Part shown: piece after piece, positions 51,501 to 61,519 of the stretch
Numbering within the stretch: the stretch's first letter is position 1
Layout: each line of letters starts with the position of its first letter
Source: Lingula anatina
Taxonomy: Eukaryota > Animalia > Brachiopoda
Assembly: GCA_051362555.1 (NCBI GenBank)
Contig: CM120647.1
Coordinates: forward strand, 6,944,001-7,008,000
Length of the DNA stretch: 64,000 nt
Direction of reading: 5' to 3'
Position numbers and translations under genes: made by a program
The notes under the pieces: model-generated
The model's input: only the letters and a program-made list of their open reading frames with translations
What the model was told of the DNA's origin: nothing
Databases searched by the model: none

Positions 51501-52288
51501 AACATTATTCAATTCAAAATACAAACGTCATTTTGTTAATAGCTTTGGAATTGAGACTGCAGTCAGAGTTCATAATTCGCGGGACTTGAATAGTTTTTAC
51601 CACTTTTGCAATGACTGGTAAAACACACATTTATACATTTAGTTTTTTGACAAAATAAAATATATTTGAATGTTTTTTTAGTGCACACTAAAATATTTGA
51701 TATTCTATTTCAGAGCGAACCAACATGCTATTCTTGCTCAGGCACCTCAGGCAGCTCGTGTTCCAGATCACAGAACACTGTGTATTCCTACTCTGTCACT
51801 TGTACTTATGGATATGTGTGCCACGTGAGTCTCTCTCTCTCTCTCTCTCCATCTCTCTTGCACACACATACACCCACGCATGTACAGTAATACGCGTGTA
51901 TACGCACATTAAAACATTTTATAAAGGTTACTGTTTGTTTTTTATGTTAGATAAATGTCATACGGAAACGCTTTTTTCTTTGCAGACTACAGCTTCGGCG
52001 TACAAAAGTTACAATCTCTTCAACAGTTCTTCCACCATTGCCTACAGTTACAGCCGCGGGTGCAGAGACCGATCTTTTTGTAGCAGCCGAGAGTTCAAAG
52101 GAAGTACTTGCACTGGAACTGGGACCAATAAAGTCTGCAGGCAGTGCTGCGCTAGTGACTACTGTAACGTTGGTACACTGGATACGTCCCAAACAAGCAC
52201 CAACACCAACAACAGAGGATCTGGTCCCCAGAGTGCTTGGTTTGACGTCCTCTTCGCGCTTTTATTGTTTGTCTTTGCCAGGAATTGA
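21873..52288 (+). CDS. SRCR gene B: signal peptide - 4 SRCR - Thr linker - Ly6/uPAR (LU) domain - GPI signal; exon 1 interrupted by Maverick-like element
   Basis: Exons 21873-21891 + 33623-33670 (empty site MWRLNILILLAISWIPVDIQGQ), 40781-40972, 41223-41363, 42695-42886, 43106-43246, 43424-43627, 46779-46904, 49696-49866, 50618-50785, 51282-51328, 51714-51824, 51986-52288. All GT-AG, phase-compatible and open. Confidence 0.85.
21892..23390 (+). repeat. Left terminal inverted repeat (~1.5 kb)
   Basis: Reverse complement of ~32115-33616; about ten substitutions/small indels seen by eye; mirrored ORFs in the ORF track (21959/33549, 22730/32778). Confidence 0.95.
23796..28136 (-). CDS. Protein-primed family B DNA polymerase (Maverick/Polinton pPolB) with N-terminal C2H2 zinc fingers, OTU-like domain and Vsr-like insertion
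   Basis: Intronless 1446 aa. ExoI FDIE, ExoII FNSGHYD, ExoIII YNNKDV; Pol A DANALY, B KLIGNSGYG, C MDTDS, then KTY and KGV. Four N-terminal CxxC..HxxxH fingers; DNLC...NHF; VDGF...QGCYFHGH...WECEW. Confidence 0.95.
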   Translation of the reverse strand: MFIAATMEHKCETCKKSFTKKRNLLKHIRAVHGAEQYPCDICGASFNRSESLKRHRASHTKAYGCPMCGKCFGRRDVLSTHMRLHSTRLEQPTLRCPECAEVFATPKDRLNHQAEAHPQPGPSNKRKADSHSSIVHKKLQMGYGAANILSPDPVSIPEGLLPPDTEPRVRDAYMQHWNSIRTRFSRGNKLQDWYNFRLTTIHPDDLREGLAAVLKDQKTVFKLNVSYGFFLRNNETGELRYYHPSSNNHCFLEEPFVIQNKDDLNGFFEHITVRDILECARQERPNSSWIVEMVTNATFYVTKLVGHPIGSGGFLPSYITNNKGLVALQGDQNGCYKDNLCMFRCLALHRGWPVLGLEKTTKHLFEKYRAETRCKIKGFNGVSLKQLKKLEDLFEVNITVYELQETEDGATFAELVRRSMSKYKETMSLNVYENHFSYIKDMGKYTQSFCCSKCNKMFKHKGDLHRHERTCEAIVEHRFPGKAYSTPPTIFEELADYGLAIPKEDRYYPYRATFDIECLLPAANNPEHSEKLHLEHEHQFLSVSICSNVPGHTTPKCFISDGDPGQTVGKFIAALIEVSQEAKVILNDKFKWVFENGYTKVTNDIELDIEMSEEEEDVNELRKGHYLTKLLSRFSNYLKELPVLGFNSGHYDLNAMKTLFFPSLINREKLRFVVKRNNNFMVLKSDSLKILDVRNYLAPGCSYSQFLKAFECKESKGFFPYEWMDSLDKLDYPCLPPREAFASQLKQNTISEEDYALCQRVWEENNMETMRDFLTWYNNKDVEPMLEAVAKMFDFYLERGIDMFKDGISVPGLTLKYLFQNVGDAYFTLFDDKNSDLHYLLKNAIVGGPSIIFHRYHERNKTFIRKATVDDPKLCKKIIGFDANALYLWCLMQPMPTGTFIRRHVESGYKREYSHPHGREATMWLDWIAHNTGQKIRHQFNNIEKRIGYQPRLPVDGFCSETNTVYQYQGCYFHGHRCHLNQNKDGTFREINETKKVSMESLRIQTDQNSQYIREQGYNLVEMWECEWKKLQKENAEVQLFVNQYKHPTENKHQLKFAEILHAVCNDKLFGFIECDIEVPSELKPMFAEMPPIFKNATITRDDIGAYMKNFAEENGIMSAPRKSLIGSFFGEKILLATPLLKWYVKHGLRVSYIYQVVEYTPKACFQHFGNAVSDARREGDKDKTKAIVADTMKLIGNSGYGKTVTNKEKHRDVEYCGEAKASRKVNNPRFRRLDQITDDTYEIELNKKVIKYDLPIQIGVMVYQYAKLRMLEFYYDFMLKFVDPSDFQYCEMDTDSAYIAFSADSLEAVIKPDMRKQYEAEKHIWFPRTDTPENEAYDKRTPGLFKAEWIGDGIVGLCSKTYYCFGGETKPKFSCKGVNRNNNDIDETKYLDVLLNRKSGSGENRGIRLLKNSMYSYVQQKDAFSYYYCKRKVLEDGVSTAPLDV
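28137..28530. promoter_or_regulatory. Putative bidirectional promoter between polB and BIR gene
   Basis: Five ATTGG (CCAAT) boxes (~28183, 28232, 28285, 28444, 28473) and an ~80-bp tandem duplication containing TGACATCATATCTAAAAATAGAT, between divergent ATGs. Confidence 0.55.
28531..29025 (+). CDS. Single-BIR inhibitor-of-apoptosis (IAP)-like protein
   Basis: EEDRILSFLNWP...LAISGFY...DAVLCFNCRVSLSNWDP...EHERHSPQC matches the BIR consensus RxxSFxxWP...LAxAGFY...CxxC...W...EH....P.C; no RING. Confidence 0.88.
   Translation: MDDSEVFTDCAPEDKPLFFEVPYCREEDRILSFLNWPGKLLINPIPLAISGFYRDPNARNTNDAVLCFNCRVSLSNWDPLRDAADIEHERHSPQCTMNTVEKRLKNPLNVSLTPENRHELVQLFVAHEKKPNYTPNTVKTLLNIGFDEVDGNPVTPFQKTYTLF
29083..29514 (+). 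pseudogene. Degenerate Maverick-type retroviral-like integrase relic
   Basis: LYHNPAS... and DDKWQAGDHNMAKYNCLSALLDIFSTYAWAV resemble the Polinton integrase N-part (YYNP...; WQADL.DM...Y.L..IDVFSKYAWA); later DDE residues and chromodomain not seen. Confidence 0.6.
32115..33616 (-). repeat. Right terminal inverted repeat (~1.5 kb)
   Basis: Inverted copy of 21892-23390. Confidence 0.95.
33928..35053 (+). mobile_element. Decayed Tc1/mariner element
   Basis: TA TSD, TIR CAACATTGGTCAAAAAGGTTGTCCC with inner repeats; relic transposase C-terminus PSFNPDINRTEHL*...EWDNIPQ...RRLQEIIAVRGRHTRY*; another end near 50335-50399. Confidence 0.85.
35540..35756. mobile_element. MITE family (gactg.attccca.ag...tagatcgatc); copies ~7097-7390, 10478-10680, 49470-49597
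   Basis: Inverted terminal blocks ttcccacaga.tt.tagatcga / tcgatctaagtctgtgggaa and shared internal sequence. Confidence 0.6.
36949..37331. mobile_element. Kolobok-like non-autonomous element (copy of 5935-6306)
   Basis: TTAA flanks, AG...CT termini, high similarity to 5935-6306. Confidence 0.6.
38821..40469. mobile_element. 1.65-kb non-autonomous TA-TSD DNA transposon
   Basis: Perfect 28-bp TIR CAGACTTGACATTTAATATGGAATATTT (38821-38848 / 40442-40469), TA on both sides. Confidence 0.75.
46193..46285 (+). repeat. Imperfect (TG)n microsatellite
   Basis: Direct reading. Confidence 0.9.
47161..49321 (+). mobile_element. Non-autonomous PIF/Harbinger-related element with CAG TSD
   Basis: TIR GCCCCGTATGCACAAA / TTTGTGCATACGGGGC, CAG on both flanks; relic Harbinger transposase N-terminus RPRIFRDRESPLDFYPDHDIYQRFCFDREGI at ~48094-48190. 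Confidence 0.8.
51714..52288 (+). CDS. Ly6/uPAR three-finger domain and GPI-signal exons of gene B
   Basis: TCYSC ... SRGC ... CCASDYCN followed by Ser/Gly spacer and C-terminal hydrophobic tail (WFDVLFALLLFVF) with no cytoplasmic domain. Confidence 0.8.
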
Positions 52289-52406
52289 ATGCACAGATGC
52301 TTTACAAAATTATTTTTATAGAGCAGACTTCATTAACTTCTTCGTACTTTTCTCCTTTACCTTTGCCTGGCATTAAGGACACAAAGTACGTGTTTAATTA
52401 TATAAT

Positions 52407-52598
52407 AATTCCCCTGACATTCCTTTCAAACATGTTTCGTAGTATTTAGACCGCAATGTTTCCGTTTCAATAATAATATTAATAATAATAATTATAATAA
52501 TTTAAATTGCACAACGACCGTAAAAAATAACTATTGCTGGCACCACGCCATAGACTGCCAAAGATTTGGTGAGCTTACATTTTGATGTGTCGCTGTTT

Positions 52599-52650
<52 letters not shown>

Positions 52651-52724
52651 CGAAACGGAAACATTGCGGTCTAAATAATTACCCCCATATACGAAACATG
52701 CTTGAAAGGAATGTTAGGGGAATT
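52407..52724. repeat. Foldback (inverted repeat) element just downstream of gene B stop
   Basis: aattcccctgacattcctttcaa...tttagaccgcaatgtttccgtttc(AAT)n mirrored by (TTA)n gaaacggaaacattgcggtctaaa...ttgaaaggaatgttaggggaatt. Confidence 0.8.
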
Positions 52725-54971
52725 GTGGTTCGCAGCTTAAGTGAAATGTTCAAGTGATCGCACAAGGAAATCGCAGTTATTGTTGGTGATCTGCATCTAA
52801 AAATCAAATACGTCAATTTCGTTTTAAGGCATGTTCTAGAAAAATTAAAACATATGCTATGATATTTAATTATTACCAATCAAAAATCCTAAAAGATGTG
52901 CAAACCGGATTTTCATGCTTTCTGCTTAAAATGTATATACCTTTCAAATGTAAAAAAAAAAATGAATAAATAAAAAAGAAAAAAAAGTATGAATATATTT
53001 TTTTTTCTATGAAAACGAAGGAGACCAAATTGAATACCAATCATGAGCTTGACTTGCTGCGAGAAATAATTACAATATTCAATATACAAAAATTTTAAAA
53101 ACAACGTGTAGTTATATATGAATATCTATGAATGTTTTATCTTTAAATTTTCAATTACGGATGCTAAATACCCTGTAAGTGACATCTTGGAATGGAATCC
53201 AAGCTAAGTTGACTTTTCTACCCCCAAATATATATTTTACTCATAGAAAAAGACATAGCACGGTTGAACTATGGGGCATATGGAAATGGTAACTTGACTA
53301 CTGTGTGGGTGTGGGGAAGGGTTACGTCCTGACCAAGCATTAATTTAATGTCAAACATGGCTTAAACATTAAAAAGCATGGCTAACGAAAAATCATTATG
53401 ACAAAAAAAAAAAGAAAATGAAAACTGTGGATGACTTCAATGGGACTAGTAACATTCTGATTTTACTGCTCTTTTTACCCACTGCTGTATGCTTCGGCGG
53501 CCATTTTGATTTTTCAATAACAGTTAAGTGCTAGTTTGTAGTCAATCTCCTGCGTTCTTCTGTCAGAGACTACTTTTGCACAATTGTTAAGGTAAGCCAC
53601 TTTATTTACCAAAGCGCACTTTAAATATGAACAGAATAACTGAATATCTTGGATATCTTTGTCCCAAATTTGCCCTTCAAATACAACACAGATACTGATC
53701 GAGCTTTAGCCTCGGTCACAACCGTACGCACGGACTTAAAGACCGTACGTCCCCTACGAATTCTGGGTGCAGTGGAGGCCGTGGAGTTCGTACATGCAGA
53801 AGAAATGTTTCAATCTAAATGTGCAAGTCTGCCATGCAAGGCGCATGGGCCACAGGAGATGTCCTTTCAAGCAGGGAAGCTAATTGCAAGATGCGATGAC
53901 CGTGGAAATCATACTCATTTCTTTAGTTTGTTTTGCGGCCTTAGTACGTGACACGCACTCACCACTTACGAGGAGAACGCAAGGCCCGGAGAAAGTAGTG
54001 CCCTTTTATGTCTCTTTCGTTTCACACTTACTTCACACGCCTATGATGATGTACTGACGGCGTACGTCAGTTTTGCCTCCTTTCTTTTTCCTCCTCCCTT
54101 CTTTTCTGCTCTCTAAGCTTCTTTCTCTTGCCTTTCGGAGGCATAGTAGAAGCTGAATTGAGCAAAATTCGAATTTAGTTTGAAAATTGGATCACCAAAC
54201 ACAATGTTCTATGATAACATAGATTAAATATAGGAGTATATAACAGTACTCGTATACACTGCGTCAAGCATGTTAAAAAGACCTGTGTTTAATCTATATT
54301 CATGTAATAGTATCTGGTTAACCGAGTCGTGAAATGCGCTGTCCGTGGTTTCCCTTGATTGTGTTAATCGCGACCAGCTTTGTGTGTGTCAAGAGACTAG
54401 TACGGGATACAGCTAAGATTGTTATACCTATTAAATATTGATTGAAAAAGAAATAACCGTGACGATCGATAGCGGTGCTATTTAATTATCTCTCTCTTTG
54501 CCTCTGTGAATGTGTTTGTTATTCACTTCTTGGCAGCTTTCTATGAACTAACAATTGACAATTAAGAAGCTGCTACACTTTAGGTTTAAAAAACATCGGA
54601 CACCTCCTTCATTTAGTTGAAATTGAAACCTTTCCACTGACGTTAAAAACTACTTTGAATCGGTTGCTTTTGACGGTAAGAGTGTAAAAAGTGGGTAGAG
54701 TAAACAAAGCTCCTGCTTGAAGTGGCGAACAATGCCTTCGCTGTTTAGCCATCAATCATACCTAGATTTGTGCAATATTAATGCTCAGGATCCCCCTACA
54801 CACACACACAATCCATATCCGCCACTTATTTCTCTTTTATTATTTAATTAATTTCATTCGGCTTAATAAGATTACTGGTGATTTTTTAGATCTGATAATT
54901 ATGCTAAAGCATTTGAGACGCGGTTTAGTGTGGTGTTAATAAAGTAAGACATTTGGTTTGAATTACACCAT

Positions 54972-55214
54972 GAGCGAATTCAAAACAGCGGACTTAAAGA
55001 TCCGAGGATCAAATATGGTAACCCACTAAATATGGTAACCCGCTAAATATGGTAACCCACTAAATATGGTAACCCACTAAATATACTAAAAAGTCTGCAG
55101 CTTAATTCCCGACTAGACATTGTATAGATTCCCTGCGGGGATTAGCAACAAGCATTTAAGTGGCGCGGCCATATTTGATCCGCGGATCTGTTAATTTCTG
55201 TACTGAATGCGCTC
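54972..55214. mobile_element. MITE with internal 17-bp tandem repeat x4
   Basis: Ends gagcgaattc...gatccgaggatcaaatatgg / ccatatttgatccgcggatc...gaatgcgctc; AAATATGGTAACCC(A/G)CT x4 at 55011-55078; related end at ~9819-9858. Confidence 0.7.
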
Positions 55215-55919
55215 TATCTTCAATCCCATTAAGACTTTTTGATTTGCGGTGCTATTAAATACAGGGCCCATGTGCTATTAACATGCATGTCGCAGTGTAT
55301 ACGAGCATTTATATATGTTCCTTAGTTTAATCTGTGTTATCATAAAATTCTGTGCTTGCATACCCAGCGTATTCTATTTCTTTGCGATTTCACTGATTCT
55401 ATTTACTTATTGATTCAATTCTAGATTTACAGTAGGGCCTATGCATTTTTAGTCCCGTGTGGGATTAAATAGGTAAATATTTACTAAAATAAATATTTGT
55501 AATCTCTGGTGTCCTTCAACTTTTCTCAATTTTTTAATCTCTACTTCACACACCTGTCAGGGAGTACATTAAAAACGCATTTGCAAACATATCTCAAGCC
55601 ACTGAAAAGGTGCAATCACAAACGCAAACACAAATATACGTGATGGAACAAAGACCAAAATCATTGGAATGACATGAAAAACACAAGCTTTTCAAGTGAA
55701 AGACAACAAAACACATCTTTCCTAAATAATACCAGCAAACTCACATTTATGCTCAAAAAGATATGTGTTTAACTTAATCTCAGCTTTTCATTGGAAAGAC
55801 AACAAAAGATTGCCTGCTAATATCGGTTGTTACTGTCCCTCACAACGCAGAGACAAAAACATTGTCATGCGCAGATGTATGCCATCTACCAGAGTATGAT
55901 TTACCTGGCTGAGGTGAAG

Positions 55920-55992
55920 ATGTGGCGGTTGAACGCAGTTTTCCTTATTTTGTTGGTCATTTCATGGATTCCCGGGGACATTCAAGGTCAAA
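55920..55992 (+). CDS. Extra copy of SRCR signal-peptide exon 1
   Basis: 73-nt exon MWRLNAVFLILLVISWIPGDIQGQ + GTAAGT; ~1 kb upstream is homologous to the gene A upstream region. Confidence 0.7.
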
Positions 55993-57611
55993 GTAAGTAA
56001 ATTTCATCAAGCTAAATTAAGACTTAAAACTGCATCGAAGGGTTAAGTGCAAGTTTTTCTAACCACCAGGCAAATCAGCCAAAAAGCGGCAAGGTGGGGT
56101 TCTCACAGAATACACTCATTTTGCCCACAGTTAATCACCTTTGTGACCTTAATTTAACTGTAAAATATTAAAGCTTTCGGTTGCGTTATTGTCGAGATAC
56201 AGCCACATGAATATTTCACTGCCTCGCGTGGCTCCCGTCTCACTTTTCAGCTGTGTGAGTGGTGTATTTTTCACCGAAGTTTGCTTCACAAATGTGCATC
56301 AAGTGATCAACTCATTACTTCGGTCAATACCAAAATTGAAAGATGGATATATAATCTTTATAACGACAGAGATTTATATCATAAATCCGTTGCTATGGTT
56401 ACAAACTACCGAGGCTATTTGAGGTCACTTGATGACTGCCGCAGATACCCACCCTGTCAATAGCCTTATAACTCCACTAGTAGAGCACCTTAGATAATTT
56501 CACTGATATTTACTGAAAATATGGACAAGGGACCTACCATAAATTAAAACACTGGCGTGGCCTTTTGCCTACAAATTTTGCAACAGCGACGCAAATTCTT
56601 CTATTTTCTGGCTACATTATCGTAAAGCATTTTTGCTTCCTACTGTTTCGATTTGCATTCAAGAATGTTTAAGTCAATTTCAACGTTAGTTAGGGACTAA
56701 GTAACTGAAATAGTCTTCTGTAGTTTTTATTTATTGATTCCTGGATAATAAGTATATGCTAAGTTCAAATACGGGGGTTAACATGCATTCGAAACTAAAT
56801 TCGTGTAGGCGGCCATGACAGTTTCAAGTAGCAGTGGTGGAAGACGTGCGATGAATGCACTGCAGATTTTCCGAATTTCAAGCAGCAAAGCGTATACTTT
56901 GTCGTTCTGTAGACCGTTACAAAGACGGAAAGGTTGTGCGATACTCAGGAGATACGACTAAGATGATTGGGTTCACCTCCCGATGCTAAAAGTTACATGC
57001 AGTGTGAGAGGCTAATGAGAGGCAGTGTCATCATCAGAGGAAATGGAGAGTGAGCTCGACTCAGTCGTGTGTCCAGCGCATTGTCACATGCTGTGGATCC
57101 TTTGGGGAGCTGCAAGAACACGTCAACTACTTCTTCGGACCAAGTTATTATTGTAGGACTTCCCTTGCTCGGACCAAGCGGGAGCTTTCATGAACAGTCA
57201 GTGTATTCAAATTTTTATCAAGACGAAGCCAAGATGTTCAGTTCGTTGGGCCCAGGTAATTAAAAAGTTGACATTCGTCACATCTTTATAATTAATTAAC
57301 ACACCGAATTCACATACAGACGGAAGGTTGATAATGGTATGATATCTGTGTTGTTTGAATTAAATATGCATAGTAATTAGACAAGTGAAGCTAAGTCATC
57401 ATCTAAATACTGCTATCTCTGACCCTCAGAACCACAGCAAATTTGTTATTACATATAGTGAAAAGAGCTTGTTTTGTACTGTACATGTCAGCAGTGTAAA
57501 CTTTTTTGTTTGTAAGAGCAACAAGTTACAGAACCCTCACAACTAAATAATACTGCTTTTGTAGATCATTGCTTGTGATTAAAAGAGTAACAATCATATC
57601 ACAATTACATG

Positions 57612-57615
<4 letters not shown>

Positions 57616-57685
<70 letters not shown>
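57616..57685. repeat. (TA)n microsatellite
   Basis: Direct reading. Confidence 0.95.
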
Positions 57686-57691
<6 letters not shown>

Positions 57692-60600
57692 AAGCTTAGT
57701 TGTAGCCTAAAATGGGGTTTCATGTTAAATTTTGTTGGTTGAAAATTAAAACCATTCAGAAGATTAAAGAATAAATTTTTGTTGTTATTTTAGCTAGAAG
57801 ATGTTTGGAGACTGGTCAGAAAGAGCAGCCAGGAATCAGATATATGGCAAAGAAAATAAAGTGATTAATCCAAGCACCCGAAAAAGAAGTTTTGTGAAGA
57901 GGATTGACTTACTGCCCAACAGACTGAAATGTATTTTTGATGTTTTTCTACTTTGAACAAGTATTTGTATCTACAGTTGAAGGACACCAATGACCTGACA
58001 GATAGCTAATGTCAGCCCTGATGATCCAAGCAGGTAGCAAGGAGATCCCCCATAAGGAAGGACAGTAATTTATGGGAGCTTCATTAAATGATGAAAACTG
58101 ACACTTTTTCGGTGATCTTTTTTTACAAGACATGAATTTTTGCCCCAGAAACGTGGAATTCTGCATTTTTTAATTCAATTCAAGGTGTCCCAGACCTCTG
58201 GCCGCTTAGGAGTCCCATGATAAACGTTTGGAGTTCTTTATTTATTTATTTATTTTTTTATTTTTTTGAAACTTAGGATCATGTCTGCTTTTTCTGTTTC
58301 ATTTTACTGAAGATATCCATGAATGCCACCTTTAAATGGGATAAGATCTTACTGAGATATTGATATGGAATATCATATTTTTATTCCTTGGAGCAAAAGA
58401 TCAGTTTGACTTAAATATTTAGAAGCAGCAATATATGTTCCTGGTCCTGAGTAGTGCAGAATAATCCATGAATTACACCATTACAGAAGTTCAACTTATT
58501 TCTTCATTCTTCTCAGGAAGGGGATTCAGTTGGATAATATAGATTTACATTACTTTGATGTTTTTGTAGAATGAAAATCAACCTTACTTTTTTTTTTTTG
58601 AAACATTCACTTAAATCTTGAGTCAAAACTTTGTCGGTGTCTTATTCAGTTAAGGGTGACAGGAGTAGTCTTGAATGGCAGTTACAATGCCTTCCACCCA
58701 TTTATTAAGTTATTGGTAATAACTATTTTCCAGTATGAAGATTTGAATTGTTTGCTACACTTCCAAATAATTTGCTTATTTATACTTAAACTTTAAAGAT
58801 CCAATAAAGAGATGATTATGCATTATGAAACATTGTTGATTGATTAAAAGCTGTGTGTGTGATTGGTGTCCAATAATTGTTGAAGTAGTAGATGAAAAGA
58901 AATGTTAAAAGAATAGTTTTCTTTATATGATTAAATGTAAGAAAAATGTGGGTTTTTTGTCGTTTTATTTTCTGAATAATTAAATTTATCAGGCTAAAAA
59001 TATTTTTAATTAATTTTGTAAGCTATAGTGTTACAGGGAATACTTTTCCCAGGTGTACAATCCAGATGGAAGCTATTGAGCAAAGGGTAAAAACTTGAGG
59101 CCAAGTAGCAGGTTGAAAAGGGTTTATGTCTTGACCAAAGCTACATAAATTTCTTTCACAAGTCATCAAAATATGAATATGACGGTTTAAATCCCAAAGG
59201 TAGGCTCTGTTATAGGGCAATTGCCTATTCTTGTAAAGTCTATTGTTCAATTCTGCCGTGATTAGAGTAATAGAGCAGGTATTACTGGCCAAGACAAGAG
59301 CAACACCCATCCAAATTTTACAATTTTCGGATATTTTAATATTAAAATATATCGCCAACAAAAGAAAAGGCCACGAGGATCTCCTTTGTACTTTATATTT
59401 TTAATGTTCCTTTACAAACCCATACGGGTTTGACAGCCATAGGGCCTCTACTAGTGGGTATATGACCCTCTGAAAATCGCCATGCGTAAACTTAGTTTTG
59501 GGGGGTGGGGTAAAAAAAGTGAGTACAGTGTGGACAAGGTGGGTTATATTTTTAGTTTGAATGTCTTGGGGGGAAGAATATTGATCAACAAAATACATCA
59601 TACATAAACATAGTAAATATATTACTAGATAAGAGTATAATAAGCATATATATGAGTGACGTGTATGATAACTGAAAATCTGCTTCGAAAGCTGGAAAAA
59701 CAGAAAATTGGGCATAAATCCCCTGAAATACAGTTTTATGGCATAACATTTGGCAGAAGTTAAAAGGGTCCTCAGGCAAGTATTTCAGCCCAATAAGGTC
59801 AAATTCTGTGAACCCCCACCTTGCCGCACTTGTCTGGTGCTTAAAAAAACTGGCACTTAATTCTGAAATAGGTTTGTGCATTTATTTAATTTCAACTTAA
59901 AACATTTTCTTAAATACATTTTCAAACATATTGGAAAAAGCATCTTCAAGAAATGCACTGCAATTGAATCATAGGATGGAGTTGGCATATTCATCAGTTT
60001 TCTGAAGAGTTGATAATGTCCAGGGTATTAAGGTTTTTGTGGCCCTTTCCACAACTCGTCGGGTGGTAAACATATAGGATCTACTACACCACTTGAGAGG
60101 TTGGAATACGCAGACATTAACATAAAGAAGTAAAAATGAAAATGCTGAACAAAATAAAACAATCAAAATAGTAAAAGTTTTTATTTGCAATATATGTCTT
60201 GATCATCTAAACTCAGCGTGAGGCGCTTGTTCACTTCTGGTTTCTTTCTTTTTCTCACCTTCTTGATAAGTTTGGATGAGAATAAATAGCGTACAAAGTG
60301 AACTATAAATATTTTCTTGTTCATATGTTGTGTACAATTACTGCAGAATATGCAGATAGCTTTTTTGGCTTTATATAAGCTGGTATATTTAGATGCAACT
60401 AAGACAATATTTATTTTTACGTGTTGTGTAACGGCCACAGCAATTGCCTTTTGGGGTCGGGCGGTATTTACTCTCACTGTAGACAATTTTTACCATGAGT
60501 GTCGGAGCACAGTAAAAGCTAGCTTGTTAAAATTCTGTTGTCTGGCATCAATTGTAAATGTCTGCTTATCGAGCCAATGTACTTTTTTATCAAGAAATAA

Positions 60601-61446
60601 ATAATTCTTTTCATTTTGACATTCTTTATTATACCGTATATGCTTGTCTATCGAATAGGCACTGGTACATTGCAGAGTCATCGATCGTAAAAAAAAAAAA
60701 AAAAAAAAAAAAAACTAGGTCAACAACGACAAGCAGAAGTTACGTACATTTATATAGTAGTTAAGCTATATAGCCTTAAGGGAAATAGTAGCAGTGTTTG
60801 AATTGGGATGTTTATACATGGCAATCTCGTATATAACGGTATCCGTTTTGATGCTGTTCATTGCTGTTAAAAAGACAAAATGTATTGGAATCAGTGGTCT
60901 TTTCTGAGAAACGTTGCATTATACCAGCACGGAGTTACTTTTGATAGCTTTTGATGGTTATGGTACAAAATGACACTTTTATGATCACGTTATGGTTACG
61001 TTACGTTACTGTATTACAAATGAAAATAAAAGCTAAAAAAAGCGTTTTCGTAACGTGCTAATAACAACGTTGAAAATATTCAAGAAACGTTTATATAAAA
61101 CACAAGAATAACGTAATCTTGTGTAATTTTTTTCATGTTTTATAATGTTCTGAAATAATATTATAATGAGGTGTTGTTAATGTTTTCATAACTAACATAA
61201 AACGTTATGGTAACGTTGGAAAAATGTCGGAAACGTATCCCGTTCTAATAAAGTTATTTCTTTTTAAAAAGTTCTAAAACGCTTTAGAATACGGGTTTAA
61301 CTTTATCTCCGCTTTTTATTGGAAGTAAAAAAACAATGCCCACTTATATCGAACGTCACCATCCACCACAACACATATGCAAAAAACATTGTCATGCGCA
61401 GATGTATACAATCGACCAGAGTAAGATTTACCTGGCTGAGGTGAAG

Positions 61447-61519
61447 ATGTGGCGACTGAACACAATTTTCTTTAAGTTATTGCTCATTTCATGGATTCCC
61501 GGGGACATTCAAGGTCAAA
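61447..61519 (+). CDS. Extra copy of SRCR signal-peptide exon 1
   Basis: 73-nt exon MWRLNTIFFKLLLISWIPGDIQGQ + GTAAGT. Confidence 0.7.

Noticed and set aside
55011-55078. CRISPR-like repeat array
   Set aside because: 17-bp units are head-to-tail without spacers, inside a eukaryotic MITE.
57050-58700. Possible decayed exons of an unknown gene (acceptor-like sites, coding-like composition)
   Set aside because: Stops in the frames read and no family motif I can identify with confidence.
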